DNA of 16,663 nucleotides from a virus (lineage: Duplodnaviria > Heunggongvirae > Uroviricota > Caudoviricetes), in the IMG/VR virus record IMGVR_UViG_2690315994_000023; one strand, 5' to 3'. Positions 1 through 7,696 of the stretch are shown in pieces. The position numbers were made by a program, and so were the translations under genes. Below the pieces are notes generated by a model, which was not told where the DNA came from, ran no database searches, and was given only the letters and a program-made list of their open reading frames with translations. The first letter of the stretch is position 1. Each line of letters opens with the position of its first letter.

Positions 1-171
1 TACCGCCGTGAAGGTTACGAATATGATTGCGTGATGCCTGTTTATCAGTTCCGGCGTGATTTTTCTCTGGTACAGACCGCGCCGCATAACGTGCCCACCA
101 GCAACGCCAGGGCACGGGCAAACATCCAGAAGCTGAAAACCATGGTTAACGGATTCAGGGGCAAGAAATGA
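1..171 (+). CDS. 3' end of an upstream ORF (5'-truncated by the window edge), hypothetical protein
   Basis: Frame 1 is open from position 1 to TGA at 169..171, and the stop overlaps the ATG of the next gene (ATGA at 168..171). It is under 60 aa so absent from the ORF track. The second island has an analogous small ORF coupled to its replicase (11592..11873). Confidence 0.35.
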   Translation, partial: YRREGYEYDCVMPVYQFRRDFSLVQTAPHNVPTSNARARANIQKLKTMVNGFRGKK

Positions 172-740
172 AAAGCGCACCGAACTTAAAAAAACAGCCT
201 TACGACAAGATGACCGAAGTCATTATTTTTGCGGGTAGTGATGCCTGGGCACATGCGAAACAGTGGCAGGAACAGGACGGGCGACTGGCTGGCGATAATG
301 TGCCTCCCGTTGTGCTGGCTGATGATCAACTGGATGAACTGGCAGACCTGAGAATCATCGACGAGGGGCGCTATTGTGTCCGGCTGTACAAGGCAGGCCA
401 CATCAGGCCATCAAATATTAATGCCATTGCGCACAAGCTGGCGGCGGCGGGTGTAACTGATGCGAATTATTACCCCGAAGGGATGCACAGCCATATGCGG
501 GAGAACTGGCGCGAATACCTGGAACGGGTGCGCGGGAAAGAGCCGGCGGAAGAAAAAAACCACCAGCGAAAAACCACGCTACCGATGAGCGTTGGATCTA
601 CCGGATACGACACGCAACTGGATTACGTGGTTAAGGGGATTATTCCGGCGGTATCGCTATGCAGCATATACGGGGCTAGCGGGTCCTATAAATCATTCCT
701 TGCCGGATCGTGGGCGTGCCATGTTGCCACTGGTCGCTAG
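168..740 (+). CDS. Replication initiator, N-terminal part: conserved N-domain plus Walker A P-loop, ending at an in-frame TAG
   Basis: The first ~105 aa align with the N-terminus of the replicase at 11857..13545 (shared FAGSDAW, HAK, AGD..PPV, QLD.L..LRIID.GR, KLA.AGV). The ORF ends just after a P-loop-like IYGASGSYKSFLAG motif, at TAG 738..740. Confidence 0.75.
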   Translation: MKSAPNLKKQPYDKMTEVIIFAGSDAWAHAKQWQEQDGRLAGDNVPPVVLADDQLDELADLRIIDEGRYCVRLYKAGHIRPSNINAIAHKLAAAGVTDANYYPEGMHSHMRENWREYLERVRGKEPAEEKNHQRKTTLPMSVGSTGYDTQLDYVVKGIIPAVSLCSIYGASGSYKSFLAGSWACHVATGR

Positions 741-779
741 TGGGGAGGCCGCAGGGTTGCACATGGTGCGGTTCTCTAT

Positions 780-1568
780 GTGGTTGGTGAAGGCGGTATA
801 GGTGTTCCGCGTCGTGTAAAAGCCTGGGAGGTTGTGCACGATGAGCAGGTGAAAAATCTGTATCTGGTAAACCGCCCCATCTTTCCGGCTGCCCCGCTTG
901 ATGTTGATGAAATGGTTATCGCTGCCCGTCAGGTGGAGCGGGAAACGGGTAAACCTGTACGCATGATTATTCTGGATACGCTGGCGCGTTGCTTTGGTGG
1001 GAATGATGAAAATGATTCCCGTGATATGGGGGCGTTTATCCGTGGTTGTGACGAACTGAAACGACGCACAGGGGCCACGGTGCTGGTGGTTCACCATTCC
1101 GGCAAGGATGAGACGAAAGGCGCGCGCGGTTCCAGTGCATTTCGTGCTTCGCTGGATGCTGAATACCGGATACGCAGGGAGGACGCAGGAAGCGAAGCGC
1201 TGGTTATCTCATGCACCAAAATGAAGGACGCGGAGGAACTCAAAGAAGCCGCATATGACTTACGCGTGGTGGAGCTTTTTACCGACGCTGACGGTGAATT
1301 AATCACGTCGCTGGTGGTGGTGGATGATCCGCGCCCTCCTGTTGAACTGGAGCGCATCGAGGAGGCAGGGAACAAGACGGAAAACCATACCGCGCTATGG
1401 GGATGCATACGTTCACGCACACAGCACGGCGACAAGTGCACGATCCCGCTGTTACGTGACGATATGAAAAAGCTGGGGTATGACACAAAACACCTTAAAC
1501 GATGGTTAGCCAAACTGGAAAAAGACGACGTGATCTACATTGACGGTGATGATGTAGGACCACTGTAA
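780..1568 (+). CDS. Replication initiator, C-terminal part: RepA/DnaB-like RecA-fold ATPase core
   Basis: It is in the same frame as 168..740 (both starts are 0 mod 3). Read-through gives ...ACHVATGR-TAG-WGGRRVAHGAVLYVVGEGG..., the layout expected after Walker A in RepA-like helicases. VLVVHHSGKDETKGARGSSAFRASLD resembles the conserved helicase core. The GTG at 780 has no Shine-Dalgarno, so it is probably not an independent gene. Confidence 0.7.
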   Translation: MVGEGGIGVPRRVKAWEVVHDEQVKNLYLVNRPIFPAAPLDVDEMVIAARQVERETGKPVRMIILDTLARCFGGNDENDSRDMGAFIRGCDELKRRTGATVLVVHHSGKDETKGARGSSAFRASLDAEYRIRREDAGSEALVISCTKMKDAEELKEAAYDLRVVELFTDADGELITSLVVVDDPRPPVELERIEEAGNKTENHTALWGCIRSRTQHGDKCTIPLLRDDMKKLGYDTKHLKRWLAKLEKDDVIYIDGDDVGPL

Positions 1569-1569
1569 A

Positions 1570-1767
1570 AAGTGGGCATTAAAAGTGGGAAAGGTGGGCG
1601 ATTTAACGGAATTTTAACAAAATTACCCACTTTCCCACGTGTATATATCCCAAAAAGTGGGCACTAAAAAAATACCTATGAAACAAGATGATATAAATCC
1701 CAAATTTCCCACGTTGGACGAAGTGGGAAAACGTAAAAAGTGGGCGAAAAAAGTGGGTAGAGGTGGG
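1570..1767. repeat. Iteron array, putative origin of replication of island 1
   Basis: Eleven copies of a 7-bp core. AAGTGGG or AGGTGGG sits at 1570, 1583, 1592, 1655, 1721, 1738, 1751 and 1761. Its reverse complement CCCACTT or CCCACGT sits at 1626, 1634 and 1708. An A/T-rich stretch (1601..1625) lies between the clusters, directly downstream of the replicase. Confidence 0.6.
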
Positions 1768-1770
1768 CAA

Positions 1771-2022
1771 ATGACTCAAAAACACAGAGACAGAACAGAG
1801 CCAAAATATAAAGCGTTAGACATGACAGAGCACGCCTTAAAGGTGGCAATCAGAACGATAGACCGCCACGCGGGGGAAGGATACGCGAAAGCACATCCCG
1901 AACTGATAAGCGCATTCATGACCACGACGGCGGCAAATTTTGCCACGCTGACAGAGCGGGAGATTGCGGAAGCTGAACAGGTGACAACCATCAACGTTAA
2001 AACCGGAGAGGTGGAATCATGA
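1771..2022 (+). CDS. Hypothetical protein (83 aa), translationally coupled to ssb
   Basis: ATG at 1771 is preceded by GAGGTGGG (Shine-Dalgarno-like). The track ORF 1639..2022 extends upstream through the iterons, and that extension is probably not coding. The stop overlaps the ssb start (ATGA at 2019..2022). Confidence 0.45.
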   Translation: MTQKHRDRTEPKYKALDMTEHALKVAIRTIDRHAGEGYAKAHPELISAFMTTTAANFATLTEREIAEAEQVTTINVKTGEVES

Positions 2023-2429
2023 CAGCACAGATAGCAGCTTACGGGCGGCTGGTGGACGACCCGCAGGTAAAACAGACCAGCAAGGGCACACCAATGACGC
2101 TGGCACGTATGGCGGTATCGTTGCCATGTAGTCAGGCGCAGGATGGGCAGGCTACGTTATGGCTATCGGTCATCGCATTTGGTAAGCAGGCCGACTTCCT
2201 GGCTAAACATCAAAAAGGCGATGTTGCCAGCGTATCCGGCACGATGCAGGTCAGCCAGTGGACCGGACAGAACGGGGAAACGCGGCAGGGTTATCAGGTT
2301 ATTGCAGACAGCGTAATCAGTGCCCGTGCGGCACGTCCTGGCGGGAACAGACGCAAAACCACAGGCACACAGGGTAATCAGCCACCAGCGGGAGGCGATG
2401 ACCCTTACGGTGACGGTATTCCGTTCTGA
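2019..2429 (+). CDS. ssb: Single-stranded DNA-binding protein (SSB, OB-fold)
   Basis: The OB-fold region (LWLSVIAFGKQADFLAKHQKGDVASVSGTMQVSQWTGQNGETRQGYQVIADSV) parallels the bacterial SSB core. It is followed by a Gly/Pro/Gln-rich linker and an acidic tail ending DDPYGDGIPF, matching the SSB C-terminal D-D-D-I-P-F type tip. Confidence 0.85.
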   Translation: MTAQIAAYGRLVDDPQVKQTSKGTPMTLARMAVSLPCSQAQDGQATLWLSVIAFGKQADFLAKHQKGDVASVSGTMQVSQWTGQNGETRQGYQVIADSVISARAARPGGNRRKTTGTQGNQPPAGGDDPYGDGIPF

Positions 2430-2439
2430 GGGGGTGGCG

Positions 2440-2712
2440 ATGGTACATGACCGCATAGCGGAAGAACTCGAGGCGAAAGGCTTTTACCGGAGGGCGGCGG
2501 CGCGATGGGGTGAAGTCATGCTGCTGGTGGAGACAGACAAGGAACGGCATCAGGTTACGATGCGACGGCTGGAATGTTCCAGGAAGGCACAGAAGCCACC
2601 GGAGCCGCCGGATAACTTCGGAGACCTGAGAAAGGCAGTAGATCGCACTTATGCTGAAATGGGTATAGATGGTGTAAGCGATGAAATATGGCGAAATTAC
2701 CAGGACAGATAA
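2440..2712 (+). CDS. PerC-family small transcriptional regulator (probable)
   Basis: A 90-aa protein starting at ATG 2440 (Shine-Dalgarno GAGGGGGTGG). The N-terminal IAEELEAKGFYRRAAARWGEVM matches, from memory, the PerC-family signature (AE.LE.KG..RRAA.RW). The track ORF 2320..2712 is an upstream extension overlapping ssb. Confidence 0.5.
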   Translation: MVHDRIAEELEAKGFYRRAAARWGEVMLLVETDKERHQVTMRRLECSRKAQKPPEPPDNFGDLRKAVDRTYAEMGIDGVSDEIWRNYQDR

Positions 2713-2718
2713 TCACAC

Positions 2719-2741
2719 AGCCGGAGCAATCCGGCTTTTTG
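2719..2741 (+). terminator. Rho-independent terminator after the PerC-like gene
   Basis: AGCCGGA-gcaa-TCCGGCT hairpin followed by TTTTTG. Confidence 0.7.
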
Positions 2742-2860
2742 TCATGTTTTGTAAATTATTTGTTCGTGGTTGTTCCACGTTGCTCGCTGACCGGAACGGC
2801 ATATTTTACCCGACCTGAATCATGATTATTCTCGCCCGTGGTGCCAGGACGCTGGGGCCA

Positions 2861-2910
2861 TTTTCCCGCCTGTTAATGTGCTCGCCAATATTCATTACCA
2901 GGCGGGAAAA
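2861..2910. promoter_or_regulatory. Perfect 12-bp inverted repeat (TTTTCCCGCCTG ... CAGGCGGGAAAA) with 26-bp spacer, upstream of the capsid gene
   Basis: Arms at 2861..2872 and 2899..2910 are exact reverse complements. The repeat lies in the ~285-bp leader between the PerC-like gene and the capsid operon. It has T upstream and A downstream on both strands, so it is not a terminator. Confidence 0.4.
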
Positions 2911-2999
2911 CGATCGGTGCGATTACTGATTTCCTTATGAAAAACGGTTGAGTGTTTGCCGCGTCCTGGAGTTCCTTACTTAACCCCAGGACTTTTTTT

Positions 3000-4157
3000 A
3001 TGCCGAGAATAATCGAATTACGCCAGCAGAAAACCGCCATTAAAAATCAGATGCGCGACATGCTGGAGAACGCGGAAAAAGAAAACCGCAGTCTTAACGA
3101 TGCTGAGGGCGCAAAATTTGACGAATTACGCGCTAAAGCTGAATCCCTCGATAAAGACATTTCCCGCCTTGAAGCCATTGCAGACGAAGAGCGCAGCAAG
3201 CCAGGTAAAAGCAGCCAGACCACTGACCCCGCAGAATTACGCAACTACATTCTGACAGGTGAAACCCGCGCATTAAGTACAGGCGTTCCCGCTGATGGTG
3301 GTTATACCGTTATCCCCGAACTGAACACCGAAATCATGCGAATGCTGACGGATGAATCCACCATGCGCCGCATCTGTACCGTGAAGAAAATCAGCAGCAA
3401 CGAGTTTAAGCAGCTTGTTTCCGCTGGCGGTGCGACCGTTAACCACGGTGAAGAGGGTAAGACACGCGAACAGACCAGCACCCCGCAGATTAACGAGGTG
3501 AGCATTAAGCTGTATCCGGTCTATGCGTACCCGCGCACCACACAGGAAATCGTGGATTTTTCCGATGTGGACATCCTTTCATGGCTGACGGGTGAGATTG
3601 GCGACACCTTCACGGAAACCGAAGAAAGCGATCTGGTTGTGGGCGACGGTGACAAAAAAGCAAAAGGCTTTTTATCCGTACCCCGTGCAGAGAAGAACGA
3701 CAAAGAGCGTGATTTTGGTACGTTACAGGTAATTAAACCTTCCGAATCTCTGGCGTGGACATCTGCGGACCCGCTGATCGACCTGAAATTTGCATTACAT
3801 AAAAAATACCGCAAAAACGCGGTCTGGGTGGTTAACTCCACGACGGCCGCAAAACTTCAGAAGGTGAAGAACGCGAACGGTGATTACATCTGGCGCGACC
3901 GTTTACAGGCGGGTGATCCTGATACGTTGCTGGGCCTTCCGGTCGAATATCTGGAGTTTATGCCTGATAACGTTATTGCCCTGGGTGACTTCAAACGCGG
4001 TTACTACATTGTTGATCACGAAACAGGTGTTCGCACCAGACCGGACAACCTCACAGAGCCGGGCTTCATCAAAATTTTCACGCAGAAATATTTAGGCGGT
4101 GGCGTGGTGGATTCGAACGCGATCAAGATTCTGGAACTGCCACAGGACGACGATTAA
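3000..4157 (+). CDS. Major capsid protein, HK97 family, with N-terminal scaffold-like delta domain
   Basis: ATG at 3000 with AGGA 8 nt upstream. The N-terminal ~100 aa are coiled-coil and charged (IIELRQQKTAIKNQMRDMLENAEKENRSLNDAEGAKFDELRAKAESL), typical of the HK97 delta domain. Length and C-terminal region fit the HK97 capsid fold. Context is protease and portal immediately downstream. Confidence 0.88.
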   Translation: MPRIIELRQQKTAIKNQMRDMLENAEKENRSLNDAEGAKFDELRAKAESLDKDISRLEAIADEERSKPGKSSQTTDPAELRNYILTGETRALSTGVPADGGYTVIPELNTEIMRMLTDESTMRRICTVKKISSNEFKQLVSAGGATVNHGEEGKTREQTSTPQINEVSIKLYPVYAYPRTTQEIVDFSDVDILSWLTGEIGDTFTETEESDLVVGDGDKKAKGFLSVPRAEKNDKERDFGTLQVIKPSESLAWTSADPLIDLKFALHKKYRKNAVWVVNSTTAAKLQKVKNANGDYIWRDRLQAGDPDTLLGLPVEYLEFMPDNVIALGDFKRGYYIVDHETGVRTRPDNLTEPGFIKIFTQKYLGGGVVDSNAIKILELPQDDD

Positions 4158-4167
4158 CAGCATACAG

Positions 4168-4188
4168 AAGGGGCTTAAAAGCCCCTTT
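4168..4188 (+). terminator. Hairpin plus T-run between capsid and protease genes (possible attenuator)
   Basis: AAGGGGC-ttaaaa-GCCCCTT followed by TAGTGTTTT. Confidence 0.4.
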
Positions 4189-4211
4189 AGTGTTTTATGG
4201 GTGAAAAAATT

Positions 4212-4769
4212 ATGAAGAGTATGGAAATCCGGTCATCGGAAATCACCACCAGCGCCAGCAACACGCTTACAGGCTACGTTGTTCGCTGGGATAACCTTTC
4301 AGAGCTGCTATGGGGGGAGTTTTACGAAAAATTCCAGCGGGGAGCGTTTACTGAATGGCTTGCAGCGGGTAATGACGTTCGCGGCCTGTATGAGCATGAC
4401 CACAGCATGTTACTGGGGCGCACCCGTTCCGGCACGCTGAAACTGGAAGAGGACGACACAGGGTTACGCTTTGAACTGACCCCACCGGATACCAGTACAG
4501 GGCGGGACGTTATCGAACTGGTTAAACGAGGTGATATATCCGGCATGAGCTTTGGCTTTCGCTCCCGTAAGGATGTATGGGATACCACAACAGATCCATG
4601 CGTGCGCACCGTGCTGGTGGCGGAACTGTACGAAATTACCGTTACATCCGTACCGGCTTACCCTGATTCCGGCGTGGAGCTGGCCCGCCGCTCCCTGTAC
4701 GAGCAGCACCCCGAAAAAATGCCGCGTGCGGATAATCGCCGCTGGTGGGCGGATTTAGCGGGGGTGTGA
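4212..4769 (+). CDS. Prohead maturation protease, HK97 family
   Basis: Motifs GYVVRWDN, LYEHD, LGRTRSGTLKLEEDDTGLRFE, GDISGMSFGF and ELYEITVTSVPAYPDS fit HK97-type prohead proteases. ATG 4212 has GGTGA upstream; the alternative ATG at 4197 has no ribosome binding site. Confidence 0.85.
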   Translation: MKSMEIRSSEITTSASNTLTGYVVRWDNLSELLWGEFYEKFQRGAFTEWLAAGNDVRGLYEHDHSMLLGRTRSGTLKLEEDDTGLRFELTPPDTSTGRDVIELVKRGDISGMSFGFRSRKDVWDTTTDPCVRTVLVAELYEITVTSVPAYPDSGVELARRSLYEQHPEKMPRADNRRWWADLAGV

Positions 4770-4770
4770 T

Positions 4771-5982
4771 ATGTGGCCTTTCAGAAGAAAAAAAGAGCAG
4801 CGCAGCATGACGCTTGATGAGTTTATGGCGCTGGCCGGCACATCGAACACGGGGGCGGGTGAGTACGTATCATCGGGGACAGCGGAATCACTGCCCGCCG
4901 TCATGAACGCCGTGACGGTCATCTCTGAGGCGGTGGCTACCATGCCGTGTTACCTGTACCTGGTACGCAATGAGAAGGGGAAGGAGGCCCGCGAGTGGCT
5001 TGATTCTCATCCGGTCGATCACATCCTCAACGAGCGCCCGAACGCGTGGCAAACCCCCTACCAGTTTAAGCGAATGATGATCCGCCACTGCCTGTTAAAC
5101 GGTAATGCTTATGCGGTGATTCGGTGGGGGCGTGATGGTTTTCCGGTGGCTTTACATCCTTACCCGCCGCAGTCGGTGAACGTGGAGCAGACAGGTGAGC
5201 ATAACTGGCGCTACTGCATCACTGACGCCTACACCGGAAACACCCGCAACTATTTACCGTGGGAGGTTCTCCACCTTCGTTACTCCACGGATGACGGTTT
5301 TATGGGGCGCTCACCTGTAACCATCTGCCGCGAATCGCTGGGGCTTGGGCTGGCCCAACAACGCCACGGCGCGAGCGTGATGCGTGATGGCATGATGGCG
5401 GCAGGGGTTATCACGTCAGGCGAATGGCTGGACGGCGTGAAGGGCAAACAGGCATTAGCCGCACTGGAACGCTACAAAGGGGCCAGAAACGCCGGAAAAA
5501 CGCCCATCCTTGAAGGGGGTATGAGCTATCAGCAGCTGGGCATGAGTAATCAGGATGCTGAATGGCTGGCCTCCCGTCGCTTCACCATTGAAGACATCGC
5601 CCGAATGTTCAACGTCTCGCCGATTTTTTTGCAGGAATACAGCAACAGCACCTACAGCAATTTCAGCGAGGCAAGCCGCGCATTTCTCACCATGACGATG
5701 CGCCCGTGGCTGGCGAACTTTGAGCAGCAGATAAAAAACGCCCTGCTGGTGGCCTCACCTGTACCTGGTATCCGGTATCAGGTGGAGTTTGACAGCGCGG
5801 ACCTGTTACGGGCCACACCTGGCGAACGCTTTGCCACCTATGAACGCGGCATCAAATCCGGCGTTATGTGCCCGAACGAAGCCCGCGAACGTGAAGGGCT
5901 GTCCCCGCGTGATGGTGGTGATGAGTTCAGCCAGGCATGGAAACAGGAAGTAAAAATCAGCGAGGGAGAAAAACCGGAATGA
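4771..5982 (+). CDS. Portal protein, HK97 family
   Basis: A 403-aa protein starting 2 nt after the protease stop. Its length, composition and position in the head module fit phage portal proteins. Confidence 0.85.
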   Translation: MWPFRRKKEQRSMTLDEFMALAGTSNTGAGEYVSSGTAESLPAVMNAVTVISEAVATMPCYLYLVRNEKGKEAREWLDSHPVDHILNERPNAWQTPYQFKRMMIRHCLLNGNAYAVIRWGRDGFPVALHPYPPQSVNVEQTGEHNWRYCITDAYTGNTRNYLPWEVLHLRYSTDDGFMGRSPVTICRESLGLGLAQQRHGASVMRDGMMAAGVITSGEWLDGVKGKQALAALERYKGARNAGKTPILEGGMSYQQLGMSNQDAEWLASRRFTIEDIARMFNVSPIFLQEYSNSTYSNFSEASRAFLTMTMRPWLANFEQQIKNALLVASPVPGIRYQVEFDSADLLRATPGERFATYERGIKSGVMCPNEAREREGLSPRDGGDEFSQAWKQEVKISEGEKPE

Positions 5983-6317
5983 ACATAGGGCGACTGCGTG
6001 ACAGGGTAACGATTCAGACCCTGAAACAGACCAGGGATATAACCGGCGAAATACTCGAAACGTGGGTGGACGGTCACACACTCTGGGCAAGCGTGAACAT
6101 GATCAGCAGCAAGGAGGCCATTTCATCGGGTGCAGAACTGGCGACTGGAACGGTAAGGATATGGATACGCTACAGGAAGGACATCAACGCCACCAGCCGG
6201 ATAAAGGTCAATACGGGGCCGCTGGCGGGGCGTGTACTGAATATCATCGGGCAGCCGCTGCCGGATGCCGCCAGGACACGCCTTGAAATTCTTTGTCGTG
6301 AGGGCGCGGAAAAATGA
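5979..6317 (+). CDS. Head-closure / head-tail joining protein (SPP1 gp16-like)
   Basis: ATG overlaps the portal stop (ATGA). A ~112-aa protein with RDRVTIQ ... GTVRIWIRYRKDI ... RVLNIIG motifs typical of phage head-tail joining proteins. Confidence 0.7.
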   Translation: MNIGRLRDRVTIQTLKQTRDITGEILETWVDGHTLWASVNMISSKEAISSGAELATGTVRIWIRYRKDINATSRIKVNTGPLAGRVLNIIGQPLPDAARTRLEILCREGAEK

Positions 6318-6610
6318 CAGAAGAACTTATCACCCTGGAAGAAGTGAAACTCCATTGCCGCATCGATGGCGACGAGGAAGACCAGTTAATCAGCGGATAC
6401 ATTGCCGCATCGCTTGAGGCGTGCCAGATACATATAGGCAGGCGCTTTGATGACGGGCTGGAGTTCACGCCAGCCATAAAGATTGGCTGCATGATGTTTA
6501 TCGCTCACCTGTACGAGAATCGCCAGCTGGTAGCGGATAACGCAAAAACGCGCGTACCCATGACGATTGGCGCGCTCTGGACGGCTTACCGTGATGTGGG
6601 GGTGTACTGA
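6314..6610 (+). CDS. Head-tail connector / DNA-packaging adaptor (gp6-like)
   Basis: ATG overlaps the previous stop. The N-terminal LITLEEVKLHCRIDGDEEDQLI and the IAHLYENR motif match gp6-like head-tail connector proteins. Confidence 0.7.
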   Translation: MTEELITLEEVKLHCRIDGDEEDQLISGYIAASLEACQIHIGRRFDDGLEFTPAIKIGCMMFIAHLYENRQLVADNAKTRVPMTIGALWTAYRDVGVY

Positions 6611-7050
6611 TGCCGTGGCAACCATTAAGACGATGCACAGAACCAGGCTGTAACAGGCGCGTGAAGTCCGGCAAGTGTGAGGAGCACAGGCGGGCGGCAT
6701 GGCGTGCAGAGGATGCCAGACGAGGACACCGCCGCGCGCGTGGGTACTCCAGACAGTGGGACAAATACCGCGCCATGTATCTGAGTAAAAACCCGTTATG
6801 CGTGCGATGCCTTGAGAAGGGGATATATACGCCCGCCGTGGTGGTGGATCACATTATCCCGATTAATGGCGGTGATGATGTTCTCTTCTGGCCCGAATGG
6901 AACCATCAACCATTGTGCCAGGCGTGTCATAACCAGAAAACGAAATGGCTTGATCCGGCAACAAAAAGCAAGCGTGCCGCAGGTGGATTTCATGAAGAGG
7001 AAGAACGGGCCGCTAACCGCAATAACTGGATGTATGACGCTGATGAATGA
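6610..7050 (+). CDS. HNH endonuclease (phage packaging-associated)
   Basis: Cys-rich zinc-binding motifs (CTEPGC..., CVRC) and the HNH signature VDHIIP ... NHQPLCQACHNQKT. It sits immediately upstream of terS/terL, as in cos-type HK97-like phages. Confidence 0.85.
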   Translation: MPWQPLRRCTEPGCNRRVKSGKCEEHRRAAWRAEDARRGHRRARGYSRQWDKYRAMYLSKNPLCVRCLEKGIYTPAVVVDHIIPINGGDDVLFWPEWNHQPLCQACHNQKTKWLDPATKSKRAAGGFHEEEERAANRNNWMYDADE

Positions 7051-7216
7051 GCGGGAACAAAACCGCCTTATCCGTGGACTTATAAGGCAGCGTGACGCAT
7101 GGAAGACACAGGAAACAGGGCATAAAGATAAAGCGTCAGGACGCGCAGAACGCATCACAGCGAAGCGATTAACCGACCGTGACCGCGAGGTTATGGAATG
7201 TTTCCGCAATCGCTGA
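7034..7216 (+). CDS. Hypothetical small basic protein (about 60 aa)
   Basis: ATG at 7034 (or 7043) in a frame overlapping the HNH 3' end. The track ORF 6812..7216 is an implausible upstream extension inside HNH. Confidence 0.3.
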   Translation: MTLMNEREQNRLIRGLIRQRDAWKTQETGHKDKASGRAERITAKRLTDRDREVMECFRNR

Positions 7217-7227
7217 TGAGGCTGTAT

Positions 7228-7272
7228 GACGGGGTGGGGGGCGTTTTCAGGACAAACCCGACCCCGCCGGGC
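7228..7272. other. Candidate cos / terminase recognition region (G-run and C-run imperfect dyad)
   Basis: GACGGGGTGGGGGGCG, a 13-bp spacer, then CCCGACCCCGCCGGGC, in the only sizeable intergenic gap between HNH and terS. Confidence 0.25.
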
Positions 7273-7339
7273 ACCGAACGCCTCCTCAAATTTTTATGCA
7301 CGGGAATTTTTTGAAAAATAATCTGGCGAAAAAATAAGC

Positions 7340-7696
7340 ATGGCAAGACCACCGAAAGCCCCCGCCTACCTGGATGATATCGCCGTGAAGCAGTGGCGGG
7401 AAAAATCGCGGCAGCTTGCGGAACGGGGAGACCTTACCCCCGCCGACTGGAGTAATCTGGAACTGTATTGTGTCAACTACTCCATTTACCGGAAAGCCGT
7501 TGCAGACCTTGCGGCGCGCGGGTTCAGCATTGTTAACAGTCAGGGCGGCGAGAGCAGAAACCCCGCATTAAGCGCAAAATCCGACGCTGAAAGAGTGATG
7601 ATAAAAATGGCCTCCTTGCTCGGTTTTGACCCGATAAGCCGCCGTAAAAATCCACCGGAAACAGAAGAAGAGGACGAGCTTGACCGCCTGGAATAA
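7340..7696 (+). CDS. terS: Terminase small subunit, P27 family
   Basis: A 118-aa protein directly upstream of and overlapping terL. The N-terminal PKAPAYLDDIAVKQWREKSRQLAERGDLTPADWSNLELYCVNYSIYRKA matches P27-family small terminases. Confidence 0.75.
   Translation: MARPPKAPAYLDDIAVKQWREKSRQLAERGDLTPADWSNLELYCVNYSIYRKAVADLAARGFSIVNSQGGESRNPALSAKSDAERVMIKMASLLGFDPISRRKNPPETEEEDELDRLE

Larger units (their letters stand above)
168..1568 (+). pseudogene. Replicase (N-domain + RepA-like helicase) interrupted by a single in-frame amber codon at 738..740
   Basis: One continuous frame with a single TAG that falls between Walker A and the following conserved hydrophobic strand of the ATPase domain. 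Confidence 0.55.

Noticed and set aside
168-740. Reading 168..740 and 780..1568 as genuinely separate primase and helicase genes
   Set aside because: The break falls inside a single ATPase domain rather than between domains, both parts are in one frame, and the second part has no ribosome binding site. A nonsense interruption is more parsimonious.
592-801. Plus-strand ORF 592..801 spanning the in-frame TAG region in another frame
   Set aside because: It overlaps the replicase in an alternative frame, has no ribosome binding site, and its translation is not protein-like. The replicase frame is well supported on both sides of the stop.
693-1513. Minus-strand ORFs 693..1097, 1091..1513 and 1303..1488
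   Set aside because: They lie entirely antisense to the replicase coding sequence, have no start context, and have low-complexity Ser/Arg-rich translations.
1639-1770. N-terminal extension of ORF 1639..2022 (GTG start) running through the iterons
   Set aside because: The extension is a translation of the repeated AAGTGGG motifs and has no ribosome binding site. ATG 1771 has a good Shine-Dalgarno.
6812-7033. Long ORF 6812..7216 overlapping the HNH gene in another frame
   Set aside because: The HNH frame carries the conserved motifs throughout. Only the 3' portion from ATG 7034 or 7043, mostly past the HNH stop, is plausibly a separate small gene.
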